A stretch of DNA of 64,000 nucleotides from NCBI GenBank assembly GCA_035482045.1, contig DATHRD010000063.1, forward strand, positions 2,541-66,540. Direction: 5' to 3'. Both the position numbers and the translations under genes were made by a program. Below are positions 1 to 9,952 of the stretch, piece by piece. The stretch's first letter is position 1. Every line of letters starts with the position of its first letter. The notes under the pieces were generated by a model, which made no database searches, was not told where the DNA came from, and saw only the letters and a list, made by a program, of their open reading frames with translations. This stretch comes from Thermoanaerobaculia bacterium (GTDB lineage: Bacteria; Acidobacteriota; Thermoanaerobaculia; Gp7-AA8).

Positions 1-2
1 TG

Positions 3-452
3 GCTACGATTCCGCACGGAGACTCGGTGCTCGCACAAGGCCTCGGCTCCACGGTGCAAGGGGCACCGGTGATCCCCTCCGTCGACCCGACGCCAACCGG
101 TGCGGGTGTCACGCGGAAGTACCTGGAGCCCTATGGCACGACGCCTCTGCCGCCCGGCTTCGATATTCAGAACCCGAACGCCGCGCTCACGAACGCGATC
201 CAGGGGCAGACCATCAGCAGCACGGTCGTGCTGCAAGTCAGCTCGACGGCGGTGGACAGCGGCATCCTCAACATCCCGTTCATCACGGTCAATGCGAAGG
301 CGACGAAACTCGACGCCACCTTCTGGATTGAGACGGTGGAACAGCCGGGCGGCACCCCGTTCATGCAGCTCCAGTATTCGCAGACGATCATCCTCCATTT
401 CTTCGGGATCGATTGGCCGCACGTGACGGTGGGGACGCTGATCAAGCAGTAG
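3..452 (+). CDS. hypothetical protein, C-terminal part; the frame is open to the window start, so the gene is probably 5'-truncated
   Basis: ORF 27..452 has no in-frame stop back to position 3; no family recognised. Confidence 0.3.
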   Translation, partial: ATIPHGDSVLAQGLGSTVQGAPVIPSVDPTPTGAGVTRKYLEPYGTTPLPPGFDIQNPNAALTNAIQGQTISSTVVLQVSSTAVDSGILNIPFITVNAKATKLDATFWIETVEQPGGTPFMQLQYSQTIILHFFGIDWPHVTVGTLIKQ

Positions 453-640
453 CGGCGACCATCGGCTGGCGGAGGGTTGCACGGCTCGGAATCTCCTCGG
501 CTTGTAAACAAGTGGGGATCGGCGCCATCTGATCTACGATTCGTGGAGCGCGCGAGCGCGCTCCTGTCGCGTACGCAGATGACCGAAGCTCTGACCCCAG
601 ACATGCCCATTGGCGTCGTGCCGTTCCGGAGGCGCTGCCG

Positions 641-1876
641 ATGAAACTGACCAGAATCGCGGTCTTGTTACTGGCACTGGCCTCCAGTGTGCCGGCGGTG
701 CCAACGGCCGATGCCGAGCTGATCCCCAGCGCGGACGGATTGACCGTCCACGACACCGTCCTGCACGTGTCGTGGCTGACGAACGCCAATCTGGCGGGCA
801 CGGCCGCGGGAAGGTTCGGTCTCGCCAAGATCACTCCGAACGGTTCGATGGATTATCCGACCGCGCTTCAATGGGTCGCGGTTCTGAATGCCATGAACGG
901 CGGCGCCGGCTACCTGGGACACAACAACTGGCAGCTTCCCGCCACGCCTGTGACCGATCCGACGTGCGGTTCGACCGGACCGAATGGCGACTCCTTCGGG
1001 AAAGGTTGCCTGAACAGCGCGATGGGGTCGCTGTATTACGAGTCGTTGGGCCTTCTGTTTCCCAACACGGCAGTGCCCATCCCCAGCACAGCGACCGGCC
1101 CTTTCACTGGTTTTCAGCCGTATCTCTACTGGTCCGACACGAGCAACGTGGATTCATCCAAGGGTTTTCTCGCCTTCTCGTTCAACACCGGATGGGAGGG
1201 ATCGAATGTCGATAAACACTATATGTATGCCCTGCCGATGATCCCGGGCAAACTCCCCGGCACTCCGCCCGCGACCGGCAATGGTCTGCAGGTCAGCGCG
1301 GACGGGCAGACAGTCTACGATCCGGTGGCCGACGTCACCTGGCTGGCGAACGCCGATCTTGCGAAGACTCAGACATTCGGCGCCCAGTGCGTCAACGGGG
1401 ACGGCACTCTTTGCATCCCCACCGATGGCTCCATGTCGCACACGACGGCGGAGAACTGGATCAACGGCATGAACGCCGCCCACTACCTCGGTCAATCGAA
1501 CTGGCAGTTGCCGCCGACCGCATCGATCGACGCGGCGTGCAGTCTTCAGAACTTCGGCTTTGACTGCACGGGAAGTCCGATGGGACATCTGTTCTACAGC
1601 CAGCTCCACCTGAGCCAGGGAGCTCCCGCGGTCCCGACGCCGAATGTCAACGTCGGCCCCTTCAGCGATGTGCAGCCATATCTCTACTGGTCGTGCACGG
1701 CGGCGCCAGGCAGCCAGATCCTCTGTCAATCCGCCCCGCCAGCTCCCGGTTTCGGCTGGAGCTTTTCGTTCGGCAACGGCTTCACGGGGACGGACGTGGT
1801 GGGAAACGATCTGTACGTGATGGTGTATTACCCCGAGTCAGCGGGTGTTCCGCGCCGGAGGGCGGTGCGGCATTAG
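641..1876 (+). CDS. secreted protein with two internal about 200 aa repeats, possible DUF1566 (Lcl-like) domains
   Basis: N-terminal signal peptide MKLTRIAVLLLALASSVPAVPTADA; duplicated blocks ...TVHDTV..VSWLTNANLAG...NWQLPATP and ...TVYDPV..VTWLANADLAK...NWQLPPTA; NW(Q/R)LP motif resembles DUF1566. Confidence 0.55.
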   Translation: MKLTRIAVLLLALASSVPAVPTADAELIPSADGLTVHDTVLHVSWLTNANLAGTAAGRFGLAKITPNGSMDYPTALQWVAVLNAMNGGAGYLGHNNWQLPATPVTDPTCGSTGPNGDSFGKGCLNSAMGSLYYESLGLLFPNTAVPIPSTATGPFTGFQPYLYWSDTSNVDSSKGFLAFSFNTGWEGSNVDKHYMYALPMIPGKLPGTPPATGNGLQVSADGQTVYDPVADVTWLANADLAKTQTFGAQCVNGDGTLCIPTDGSMSHTTAENWINGMNAAHYLGQSNWQLPPTASIDAACSLQNFGFDCTGSPMGHLFYSQLHLSQGAPAVPTPNVNVGPFSDVQPYLYWSCTAAPGSQILCQSAPPAPGFGWSFSFGNGFTGTDVVGNDLYVMVYYPESAGVPRRRAVRH

Positions 1877-1967
1877 ATGACTCTCGTCTGATGTCTTGAC
1901 GACCGCGCCGTCCGCAATCGAACTCGCGGCGTAGAGCGGGCGTCCCGATCGGACTGGAGAGTCCGAC

Positions 1968-2960
1968 CTACGTTCGCTCCAGCAGGCTGCGCGCGGCGCG
2001 CACGAGCACACCCGTCTCACCACGGCGGAAGACGCTGCTCCAGGCGATTCGCAGCCATGCCACGAGAACCAGCGCCGGCCGGGCGACGACCGACCATCGC
2101 CGCCCGTAGTGCGCGGTTCCCCAATCGAGGAGGTCGGACCAGAGCTTTTCGGGGTCGTGATGCAGCTTGTTGTCGCCCGCGACCGTTCCGCCGATGGCGT
2201 GGACCACGCGCGCGTTCTCGACAACCGCGACCCGCCATCCGGCTTTGCGGGCGCGAAGGCAGAGATCGATGTCCTGGCAGTAGAAGCGGTAGCGCTCGTC
2301 GAGCGGGCCGGCCGCTTCCCAGACCTCACGCCGAATGGCCATCGCGGCGCCGCTGACCCAATCGATGTCGCGCTGTGAGCACAGACAAGAGTGTCTGTGC
2401 CACATAGGCGGTCGTTTGTGGCACAGACACTCCTGTCCGTGCCACATCGGCGATCGTTTGTGGCACAGACACTCCTGTCTGTGCTTTCTCCGAGACCCAG
2501 GGGACCGGAAGAAACGCGCCAGATGGCCGGCTCCGCTGACGACGCCGATCATCCAGGCCAGGGTGGGTGTCCGGCCGCCGCTCCATTGCGGACTCCCGTC
2601 TTCGTTGAGGAGCCGCCCGCCGGCCACGCCGAGGATGGGGTCAGCGTCGAACGCAGACAGGATGGCCTGCAGCGCCCCCTCTTCCACGATCGCGTCGCTG
2701 TTGAGCAGCACGATGATGCGGCCGCGGGTGGCGGCGACGCCGCGATTCGCCGCCGGCGCAAAGCCGCGGTTCGATTCGAGCCTCACGACCTGGACGGATG
2801 GCACCTCGCGCGCGAGCAGCTCCGCGGTTCCGTCGCTCGATCCGTCGTCGACGACGATGACCTCGGCCGCATCCGGCATCGAGGCCAGCACGGCGCGGCA
2901 GCAGCGCAACGTCATCGACGCCGTGTTGAACGTCGGGATGACGATGGAGAGGTCGGGCAT
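1968..2960 (-). CDS. family 2 glycosyltransferase; central loop carries an in-frame 35 aa insertion encoded by three hairpin repeat units
   Basis: N-terminus SIVIPTFN...VIVVDDGSSDGT...NRGFAPAANRG...LLNSDAIV is typical GT2 (GT-A fold); insertion RKHRQECLCHKRSPMWHGQECLCHKRPPMWHRHSCLC maps to repeat 2383-2488. Confidence 0.8.
   Translation of the reverse strand: MPDLSIVIPTFNTASMTLRCCRAVLASMPDAAEVIVVDDGSSDGTAELLAREVPSVQVVRLESNRGFAPAANRGVAATRGRIIVLLNSDAIVEEGALQAILSAFDADPILGVAGGRLLNEDGSPQWSGGRTPTLAWMIGVVSGAGHLARFFRSPGSRRKHRQECLCHKRSPMWHGQECLCHKRPPMWHRHSCLCSQRDIDWVSGAAMAIRREVWEAAGPLDERYRFYCQDIDLCLRARKAGWRVAVVENARVVHAIGGTVAGDNKLHHDPEKLWSDLLDWGTAHYGRRWSVVARPALVLVAWLRIAWSSVFRRGETGVLVRAARSLLERT
2383..2488. 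repeat. about 2.5 tandem copies of a 42 bp hairpin unit (GTGGCACAGACACTCCTGTCYGTGCCACATCGGCGATCGTTT; stem GGCACAGACA/TGTCTGTGCC) lying inside the GT2 CDS
   Basis: direct reading of the sequence; same hairpin recurs at 37668-37765 and 37905-37935. Confidence 0.7.
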
Positions 2961-2982
2961 GCGGCCAATACCTTATCGCGCA

Positions 2983-3030
2983 ATCGCCGCCGAGCCGGCG
3001 GCGGTACAGCCGGCCAGCGGCCGGCGCTAC
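2983..3030. repeat. half copy of the GC-rich palindromic REP-A element (CGCCGCCGAGCCGGCGG...GGCCGGCGCTAC)
   Basis: matches the right arm of elements at 3285, 10597, 15253 and 58294. Confidence 0.4.
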
Positions 3031-3284
3031 GTTTACGGCGACATGCGATCATCAACGCCTTGGTCTTCATCATCGAACACGCTGCGGTGCTAGCGCTCCT
3101 GCTCGTGGTCGCTGCAGCGGCAGGGACGCTCGTGCTGGGATCGCAATCGTCGCTCGCTCTGCGGGCGGCGATGGGGATGGCTGTGGCCGGGCAGGTCTTC
3201 GTCGTCCTCGGGACGATCGGCGCGCTCCGGACGTGGAGCATCTGCGCGTTCGGAGCAATCGTGATCGTAGCGGCGATCGCCATC

Positions 3285-3384
3285 GTAGCGCCGGCGGCTC
3301 GCCGGCTGGATCGCCGGCGGCTCGCCGGCGAGTCAAACCGCCGCCGAGCCGGCAGCGGTCCGGCCGGCCAGCGGCCGGCGCTAC
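3285..3384. repeat. REP-A palindromic element (GTAGCGCCGGCGG ... CCGGCGCTAC), about 100 bp imperfect hairpin
   Basis: outer arms GTAGCGCCGGCGG / CCGGCGCTAC and inner GGCTGGAYCGCC motifs; five copies in this window. Confidence 0.6.
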
Positions 3385-3386
3385 TA

Positions 3387-4766
3387 ATGGCCCTCTTTAC
3401 CCTTCCCCTCTTCCTGCTCGCACTCTATCCGCCGATCGCGTTCGACGAGACTCTCTACCATCTGCCATTCGTCGCGGCGATCGCGCGTTCCGGCTCGATC
3501 GGATTCCTGACGGACATGCGCTTGCCGGTGTTCCCGCGGATCCACGAGTTGCTTTGCGTGCCGGCTTTTCTGCTGGCGGGCGACACGGCAACGCACCTCG
3601 TCGCGCTGGCCGAGGTGCTGATCCTGGCAGGGCTGATGATCGAATGGCCGTCGCAGCGGCTGGCCGGCTTTCTCGCGGCCGCGCTCTTCCTCGGCAATCC
3701 GATCGTCGTGCAGATGGCCACGATCACCTATGCCGAGGCGGCTTTGGCCCTCTTCGTCGCCGCAGGCGTCTATTGTTTGAACCGCAACGCCGCCGCGGCC
3801 GGGTTTCTCCTCGGTACGGCGTGCAGCGTGAAGTACCTCGGCTGGTACTTCGCCGTGGCCGCGCTCCTGTACCTGTTGCTTTTCGGCACGAACCGCCGGC
3901 GCATGATTCCCCTATTCGCCGGCACATTTGCGGTCGCTGTGGTTCCGATGTACGCCCGTATCCTCGCGCTCACGGGCAATCCGGTTTTTCCCTTTATGCC
4001 GAGGGTGTTCGGAACGAGCGCGTGGACGATGTCGCTGCCGGCGGCGATCGCGCCGTCCGTGCGCATCGTGAACGCCCTGCGCCTCTTCTGGGACATCACC
4101 TTCGCCCGCGGGCGCGTCAACTTCCAGCCGCCGTACTCGCCGCTGTTCGCCGTGGCGATGTTGATCACGGTGATTGCGGCGACGCGCGATCGCCGCGCTG
4201 CATTCCTTTCGGCAATCTGCGCGGGGTACATCGCCATCTTCACCTTCCTGCCCCAGGACTCCCGTTATCTGCTACCGCTGCTTCCGCTGGTCAGCATCAC
4301 CGCCGCGACCAGCGTCGTGCCGATGATGCGGAGGAAGATGGTCATCGCGCTGTCTCTGCTATCGATCGCACCGGGCGTGGCCTATGCCGGATACCGCATG
4401 GCGCGCCAGGGTCCTCCGCCGGTCGCCGCAACGCAACGGCAGCAGTATCTGGAGGCGCACGTTCCGGAGTACCGCGCGCTCGAGCACCGCGGACCGGGAC
4501 GGATCTACGAGTGCGGCGCGGAGCAGTTGAAGTACTTCGGAGGCGAGGAGTTGCTCGGCGACGTCACGGGCCCGTTCGCGAATCAGACGATCCTCGGCGG
4601 GAGCGCCGACGCCGAGGCGTTGTGGCGATCGTTGGAACGGCTTCGGATCCGCTATCTGCTCGTGTCGGCCCACTGTCCGGTTCAGTGGCAGCGTCTCCCC
4701 GCGGAGCCGCGATTCGAGCTCGTTTACGCGGATGCGGGGGCCAAGCTCTGGCGGTTGCGGGAGTGA
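3387..4766 (+). CDS. GT-C family membrane glycosyltransferase (ArnT / PMT / GT39-83-like), polytopic
   Basis: start MALFTLPLFLLALYPPIAFDETLY gives TM1 followed by a DE motif, as in ArnT/PMT enzymes; many predicted TM helices. The upstream part of ORF 2391..4766 runs through REP hairpins and was not taken as coding. Confidence 0.65.
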   Translation: MALFTLPLFLLALYPPIAFDETLYHLPFVAAIARSGSIGFLTDMRLPVFPRIHELLCVPAFLLAGDTATHLVALAEVLILAGLMIEWPSQRLAGFLAAALFLGNPIVVQMATITYAEAALALFVAAGVYCLNRNAAAAGFLLGTACSVKYLGWYFAVAALLYLLLFGTNRRRMIPLFAGTFAVAVVPMYARILALTGNPVFPFMPRVFGTSAWTMSLPAAIAPSVRIVNALRLFWDITFARGRVNFQPPYSPLFAVAMLITVIAATRDRRAAFLSAICAGYIAIFTFLPQDSRYLLPLLPLVSITAATSVVPMMRRKMVIALSLLSIAPGVAYAGYRMARQGPPPVAATQRQQYLEAHVPEYRALEHRGPGRIYECGAEQLKYFGGEELLGDVTGPFANQTILGGSADAEALWRSLERLRIRYLLVSAHCPVQWQRLPAEPRFELVYADAGAKLWRLRE

Positions 4767-4789
4767 CATCGGGCGAGCGTTGAGCTGTC

Positions 4790-5030
4790 ATCCAACTGTC
4801 ATCCTGAGGCTGCCGCAGCCGCGCCTATGGCGTTGGTGATAGCGCAAATTAAACGTCGCGGCGGAGGACGCCGAAGGACCCCCTGCGCGCTTGCCGGGTC
4901 GGGCGGCGGTAATCGCTCGATGCAAGCACGAAGGGGGTCCTTCGGCGTCCTCCGCCGCGACCTTTGATCTCAGCACGCACCAACATTAAGGGCGCGGCTG
5001 CGGCAGCCTCAGGATGACAGCTTTGATGAC
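4790..5030. repeat. about 240 bp nested imperfect palindrome (MITE-like or long stem-loop) in the intergenic gap between GT-C and the GT2-GT4 fusion gene
   Basis: GCTGTCATCCTGAGGCTGCCGCAGCCGCGCC ... GGCGCGGCTGCGGCAGCCTCAGGATGACAGC outer arms; CGCGGCGGAGGACGCCGAAGGACCCCCT ... AGGGGGTCCTTCGGCGTCCTCCGCCGCG inner arms. Confidence 0.6.
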
Positions 5031-5056
5031 CGGTCGCGACCCTACCCGCCGCCTCC

Positions 5057-7249
5057 GTGCGCCGGACTAGAATCGCGGCAGTGAATGTGCGCCGCTTGAT
5101 TCACCGCATCGCCGGCCGCCGGCCGCTCGACTGGACGCGCGGCGCGGGCAGGGAGGCGGCGGAGCGGCCTGGCACGGTCGATGTCGTCATTACGGTCTAC
5201 GGTGCCGCCACGGAGCTTCAGGCCTGCCTCGATAGTGTCGCCCGCGAGACCGATCTGGCTCGCCATCGCGTCGTGCTCGTCGTCGACGGGCCGCAGGACG
5301 AGGCAGTGGAATCGATCGTCACAAGCTTCGCGTCCGCACATTCAGAGTCGGTGCGCGTGCTCCGGAACGAGCGGAGGAGCGGCTTCGTTGTCGCGGCGAA
5401 CCTCGGGATGAACGACTCGACGGCGGATGTCGTCCTGCTCAACAGCGACACGATCGTCACGCCCCGCTGGATCGAGAAACTCATCGACGCCGCATACAGC
5501 TCCGGAGACATCGGAACGGTCACGCCGCTCTCGAATCACGCCACGATCTGCTCCGTTCCACAGGGCTGGGATGAGAACCTTCTGCCGGCGGGGTTCGACG
5601 CCGTCTCATTTGGGACCGTCGTGGAAACGGCATCGGCGCGCAGCTACCCGCGTCTCCCGACCGGTGTCGGGTCTTGTCTCTATATCCGCCGGGCGCTTCT
5701 CGATGACATCGGCTGCTTCGATGCCGCGCGCTTCGGACTCGGCTACGGAGAAGAGAACGATCTCTGTCTGCGCGCCCTGGCGCGCGGCTGGCTTCACATC
5801 GCCGACGATGCCACGTTCATCTACCACGCCGGTGCCGGCAGCTTCGGGTCCTCACGATTCGAACTGAGACGGCAGGCTCGGGCCACGCTGCGACGGCTGC
5901 ATCCCCGCTACGAGGCCACGATCGCGGAATTCATCCGCCTCGATCCGCTGGCGGCGGTACGCGCCCGGATTCGTTCCGCGCTCGGAGAAACAAACGCCCG
6001 CCAGCGGCGCGTCGTCCATCTCGTCCACGGCTGGCCTCCGTTCCAGCAGGCCGGCACCGAGCTCTATGCCTACTGGCTCGCACACCGGCAGAAGGCGACT
6101 CATCACGTGGCGGCCTACGTGCGCGGCGCCGATCCGACGCGCGAACATGGCGAAGCGCTGGAGCTGTTCGACGACGGCGTGCGGGTGCGGCTGATCACGA
6201 ACAACTTCACGGCGCGGAATCCGTTTCGAAGGAACGCGATCCACGATTCGCTGATCGAGCGCGACTTCACGCGCTTCCTGAAAGACGAGCGCCCCGATCT
6301 GCTGCACATCCATCACCTGGCCGGGCACGCATTCTCGTTGGCGGGAGTGGCCAGGCGGCTCGGCATCCCGATCGTGCTGCAGATTCAGGACTGGTGGTTT
6401 CTCTGTGCGCGCGTGAACCTCTTCGACCGGGACGGCAACCGCTGCACCGGACCGGCCGCAGCGAAGTGCGCGCGCTGCGCCACGCTGACGAAGATCGCCC
6501 CGGCCGGCGTGACCAATCGCCTGCTGCACCTTGCCCGGCGATCGGCCGCGCACGCCGCGATCCGCGCCTGCGACGCCTATGTGGCCGGCTCGAATGCCAT
6601 TCGCGACGACTACGTGCGCGCCGGAGTGATCCCGCCGTCGAAGCCGTTTCACGTGATCCCCTACGGCGTCAGCGTCGACATTCCGCGCCAGCCGCGGGAG
6701 CGGGCGCAGCGGCCGATCCGATTCGGCTACGTAGGCTCCATCGCTCCGCACAAGGGTGTTCACATCGCCGTCGAAGCGATGCGCGCGCTCGATCCATCGC
6801 AGGCCTCGCTGCACATCTGGGGCGATGCCACGGCTTTCCCTGACTACGTTCACAATCTGGAGCGGGGCGGCAACGCCTCAGTCATCTTCGAGGGTCGTTT
6901 CCGTGAGGATGAAAAGCCGCGCGTCTTCGCCTCGATGGACGTCCTGCTCGTCCCCTCCATTGGATTGGAGTCGTTCGGCCTGGCCGCGCGCGAGGCCATG
7001 ACCTGCGGAGTTCCGGTGATCGCATCGGAAGGCGGCGCGCTCTCCGAGATGTTCGCCGCGGGAGAGTGTGGCGCGCTCTTCCCGGCCGGCGACGCCGCGG
7101 CACTCCGCCACCTTTTGCGGCGTGTCGTCGACGATCCGCGCATCATCGATCGCTGGTCGGAGCGTCTGCCCCTGCCGAAGCGCAACGACGTCCACGCGGC
7201 CGAGATCGAAGCGGTGTATGACGCGGTGCTGGCGGAACACAAACGATGA
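5057..7249 (+). CDS. bifunctional glycosyltransferase: N-terminal GT2 (GT-A) domain fused to C-terminal GT4 (GT-B) domain
   Basis: N: VDVVITVYGA...VVLVVDGPQDEA...LLNSDTIVTPRW; C: FGYVGSIAPHKGVHIAVEAM...LLVPSIGLESFGLAAREAMTCGVPVIASEGGALSE (E-X7-E GT4 motif). Confidence 0.8.
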   Translation: MRRTRIAAVNVRRLIHRIAGRRPLDWTRGAGREAAERPGTVDVVITVYGAATELQACLDSVARETDLARHRVVLVVDGPQDEAVESIVTSFASAHSESVRVLRNERRSGFVVAANLGMNDSTADVVLLNSDTIVTPRWIEKLIDAAYSSGDIGTVTPLSNHATICSVPQGWDENLLPAGFDAVSFGTVVETASARSYPRLPTGVGSCLYIRRALLDDIGCFDAARFGLGYGEENDLCLRALARGWLHIADDATFIYHAGAGSFGSSRFELRRQARATLRRLHPRYEATIAEFIRLDPLAAVRARIRSALGETNARQRRVVHLVHGWPPFQQAGTELYAYWLAHRQKATHHVAAYVRGADPTREHGEALELFDDGVRVRLITNNFTARNPFRRNAIHDSLIERDFTRFLKDERPDLLHIHHLAGHAFSLAGVARRLGIPIVLQIQDWWFLCARVNLFDRDGNRCTGPAAAKCARCATLTKIAPAGVTNRLLHLARRSAAHAAIRACDAYVAGSNAIRDDYVRAGVIPPSKPFHVIPYGVSVDIPRQPRERAQRPIRFGYVGSIAPHKGVHIAVEAMRALDPSQASLHIWGDATAFPDYVHNLERGGNASVIFEGRFREDEKPRVFASMDVLLVPSIGLESFGLAAREAMTCGVPVIASEGGALSEMFAAGECGALFPAGDAAALRHLLRRVVDDPRIIDRWSERLPLPKRNDVHAAEIEAVYDAVLAEHKR

Positions 7250-8502
7250 TCCGCACGATCGGGACAGTCATTCGCGGCGAAGGACTCGCCTCCGCTCTTC
7301 GCAGAGCGAACGAGCGGATCGGCGACGCGTTGCACGCCGCGGCGCTGCGCGCGCGCGGAGCCTTTGCCGGAGCCGGCGATGCCTCGATTCTGAACGTCGC
7401 GGCATCGGGCACTGCCTTGCGGCTGGGCGGCGTGCAAACGCAACTCGCTGCCCGCCTGGACGTCGAGCGGAATCTCCGTCCTGTCGCGCTCCTCGCGCCC
7501 GGTGTTCTCGAGCTGTCAACGCCGCGGCCCCATACGCGGCGGATCGCCAGGGATCTCGAGACAGGCATTCGCGAAGCGCTTGCCCTCACCTGCGCGCGGT
7601 CGGTTCATTTCGAAGGGGTGCATGACGTCCCCTTCGACACCGTGACGCGCCTCATCGAGTCGGGGATCAGAGTCATCCTCAGCGTTCATGACTTTTCCCT
7701 CTTCTGCGCGCGACCGCATCTGGTCGAGGAGCCGATGGAACGCTTCTGCTTCTATTCGCAGGACCTCGATCGCTGCGAGCGCTGTCTGCGGCAGACCTGG
7801 GACGTCCGGAAGGATTCCCAACTCGCGCGCCGCACGTTGGGCCGGAAGCTGCTCTCGTCTGCCACGGGAGCAATCTTCCCTTCGCGATTTCTCCTCGAGC
7901 AGCACCGGCAGCTCTTCTCGCTGCCGGACTTGGCCGGGGAGGTCATCGAGCCGGGTGTTGCCGCACCGGTGCGTCCGGTTCATTCCAGCGGAGCAGGCCG
8001 CGCGATCGCCTACGCCGGCAGCGTGAAGGTTCACAAGGGCGCCCACCTGCTACCCGAGTTGGCCCGCCTTCTCGGCAATGTCGAGGTACACGTCTTCGGC
8101 GGCGGGGATGAGGATCTGCTCCGCGCGATGCGGCGCATTCCGAACATCACTATTCACGGTTACTACCGCGGCGGCACCCTCCCCCATCTGCTCGCGCGCC
8201 ACGGCATCGGTCTGGTCGTGCTCCCTTCGCTCTGGCCGGAGACGTACAGCCTCGTGCTATCCGAGGCGTGGCTCGCCGGAGCGGCGGTTGCCGCCTTCGA
8301 CCTCGGCGCACAGGCAGAGCGCATCCGTGGCCAGGGCGGCGGCTTTCTCGCGCCGCTCGAGGGCGGCGTTGCAGGACTGGCGCGGATCATCGACGATTGG
8401 ACGGCCGGCCGGATCACGGCCGCGATCCCGCACACGGTCGCCTCGCCGGCCGATGCGGCGGCGGCCCACGTCGATCTCTATCGAACGTGCGGCGTGCTGT
8501 GA
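7246..8502 (+). CDS. GT4 (GT-B fold) glycosyltransferase
   Basis: AYAGSVKVHKGAHLL...GLVVLPSLWPETYSLVLSEAWLAGAAVAAFDLGAQAERI; ATGA overlap with the upstream gene suggests an operon. Confidence 0.7.
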   Translation: MIRTIGTVIRGEGLASALRRANERIGDALHAAALRARGAFAGAGDASILNVAASGTALRLGGVQTQLAARLDVERNLRPVALLAPGVLELSTPRPHTRRIARDLETGIREALALTCARSVHFEGVHDVPFDTVTRLIESGIRVILSVHDFSLFCARPHLVEEPMERFCFYSQDLDRCERCLRQTWDVRKDSQLARRTLGRKLLSSATGAIFPSRFLLEQHRQLFSLPDLAGEVIEPGVAAPVRPVHSSGAGRAIAYAGSVKVHKGAHLLPELARLLGNVEVHVFGGGDEDLLRAMRRIPNITIHGYYRGGTLPHLLARHGIGLVVLPSLWPETYSLVLSEAWLAGAAVAAFDLGAQAERIRGQGGGFLAPLEGGVAGLARIIDDWTAGRITAAIPHTVASPADAAAAHVDLYRTCGVL

Positions 8503-8634
8503 TTCCCGCGTCTGGCACGCTTCACGCTATGCACACGATCAACCCGAGTCGATCGGGGACGCTGGCGAACGTAAGAGCGCGTCGATAATCCCTGAGGGGT
8601 CGACGCGCTTCGTGTTTATTGCGCCGCTTGCGCG

Positions 8635-8724
8635 GGCGTTGTCGGTTATCGGTTGTCGGGACCGCTACACGTGGTTCCCCGTCGCCCGTCTTTGACAACG
8701 AGACAACCGACAACCGACAACGCG
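8635..8724. repeat. heptad-repeat palindromic element (GCGTTGTCGGTTRTCGGTTGTCGGG ... GACAACCGACAACCGACAACGCGC)
   Basis: TTGTCGG heptads in inverted orientation around an about 40 bp core; copies at 9953, 62875 and expanded at 54957. Confidence 0.65.
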
Positions 8725-8732
8725 CGAAGCGC

Positions 8733-9902
8733 CTACACCGTGACTGCTTCCGCCCCCACCCCTGCCGCCCGGCGCAGCGTCTCCGCTACGTCGGTGGCTT
8801 CCCAGGTGAATTCGGGCTCGGTGCGGCCGAAGTGGCCGTAGGCGGCAGTCCTCTTGAAGATCGGCCTGCGCAGCTTGAGTGAATCGATGATGCCGCGCGG
8901 CGTCATCAGGAAGTTCTCGCGGACCAGGTCGACGATCATCTCCTGCGCGACGCGCTCGGTGCCGAAGGTATCGACATAGACCGATACCGGATCGGCCACG
9001 CCGATGGCGTAAGCAAGCTGCACTTCCACTTCGTCGGCGAGCCCCGAGGCCACGATGTTCTTGGCGATGTAGCGGGCCATGTAGCAGGCCGAGCGGTCGA
9101 CCTTCGTGGGGTCTTTGCCCGAGAACGCGCCGCCGCCGTGACGGCCGCGTCCCCCATACGTGTCGACGATGATCTTGCGGCCCGTCAGGCCGGTGTCGCC
9201 CTGCGGACCGCCGGTGACGAAGCGGCCGGTGGGGTTGATGTGAAACTTGGTACGGTCGTCGAGCAGCTCGGGGGGGACGACAGGCTTGATGATCGTCTCG
9301 ATGATGGCGTCGCTCAGGTCGCCGTGGCTAATGCTCGGCGAATGCTGGGTGGAGATGACGATGGCCGCGGCGCGGATGGGGCGTTTTCCCTCGTATTCGA
9401 TGGTCACCTGCGACTTGCCGTCCGGGCGGAGGAAGTCGAGCTCATTCGACTTGCGCGCCTCGGCCAGCCGGCGCGCCAGTTTATGGGCGAGCATGATCGG
9501 CAGCGGCATCAGCTCCGGCGTCTCGCGGCAGGCAAAGCCGAACATCAGGCCCTGATCTCCCGCGCCGCCGGTGTCGACGCCCTGGGCGATGTCCGGAGAC
9601 TGCGGATCGATGGAGGAGACGACGGCGCAGGTCTCGCTGTCGAAGCCGTACTTGGCCCGCGTGTAACCGATCTCCTTGATGGTGTTGCGCACGATCGAGG
9701 GGAAGTCGACATAGGTCCTGGTGGTGATCTCGCCGGAGATCATGGCCAGGCCGGTGGTGACGAGCGTTTCACAGGCCACGCGGCCGGTCGGGTCTTCGGC
9801 GATCACGGCGTCGAGAATCGCGTCCGAAATCTGGTCTGCAATCTTGTCCGGGTGACCCTCGGTGACTGATTCCGAGGTGAATAGCGTTCTGAGTATGGAC
9901 AT
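8733..9902 (-). CDS. metK: S-adenosylmethionine synthetase
   Basis: [32 protein letters not shown]...[17 protein letters not shown]; full-length MetK signature motifs. Confidence 0.97.
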   Translation of the reverse strand: MSILRTLFTSESVTEGHPDKIADQISDAILDAVIAEDPTGRVACETLVTTGLAMISGEITTRTYVDFPSIVRNTIKEIGYTRAKYGFDSETCAVVSSIDPQSPDIAQGVDTGGAGDQGLMFGFACRETPELMPLPIMLAHKLARRLAEARKSNELDFLRPDGKSQVTIEYEGKRPIRAAAIVISTQHSPSISHGDLSDAIIETIIKPVVPPELLDDRTKFHINPTGRFVTGGPQGDTGLTGRKIIVDTYGGRGRHGGGAFSGKDPTKVDRSACYMARYIAKNIVASGLADEVEVQLAYAIGVADPVSVYVDTFGTERVAQEMIVDLVRENFLMTPRGIIDSLKLRRPIFKRTAAYGHFGRTEPEFTWEATDVAETLRRAAGVGAEAVTV

Positions 9903-9952
9903 CGTTCAAAGCTCCTGGTTGGAATGGGGGTAATCGTAACATGCGCCTGCGG

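Noticed and set aside
2391-3386. N-terminal 330 residues of ORF 2391..4766 (MSVPHRRSFVAQTLLSVPHRRSF...)
   Set aside because: This stretch is encoded by hairpin repeats and REP-A elements and is antisense to the GT2 gene. The real GT-C gene most plausibly starts at MALFTL (3387).
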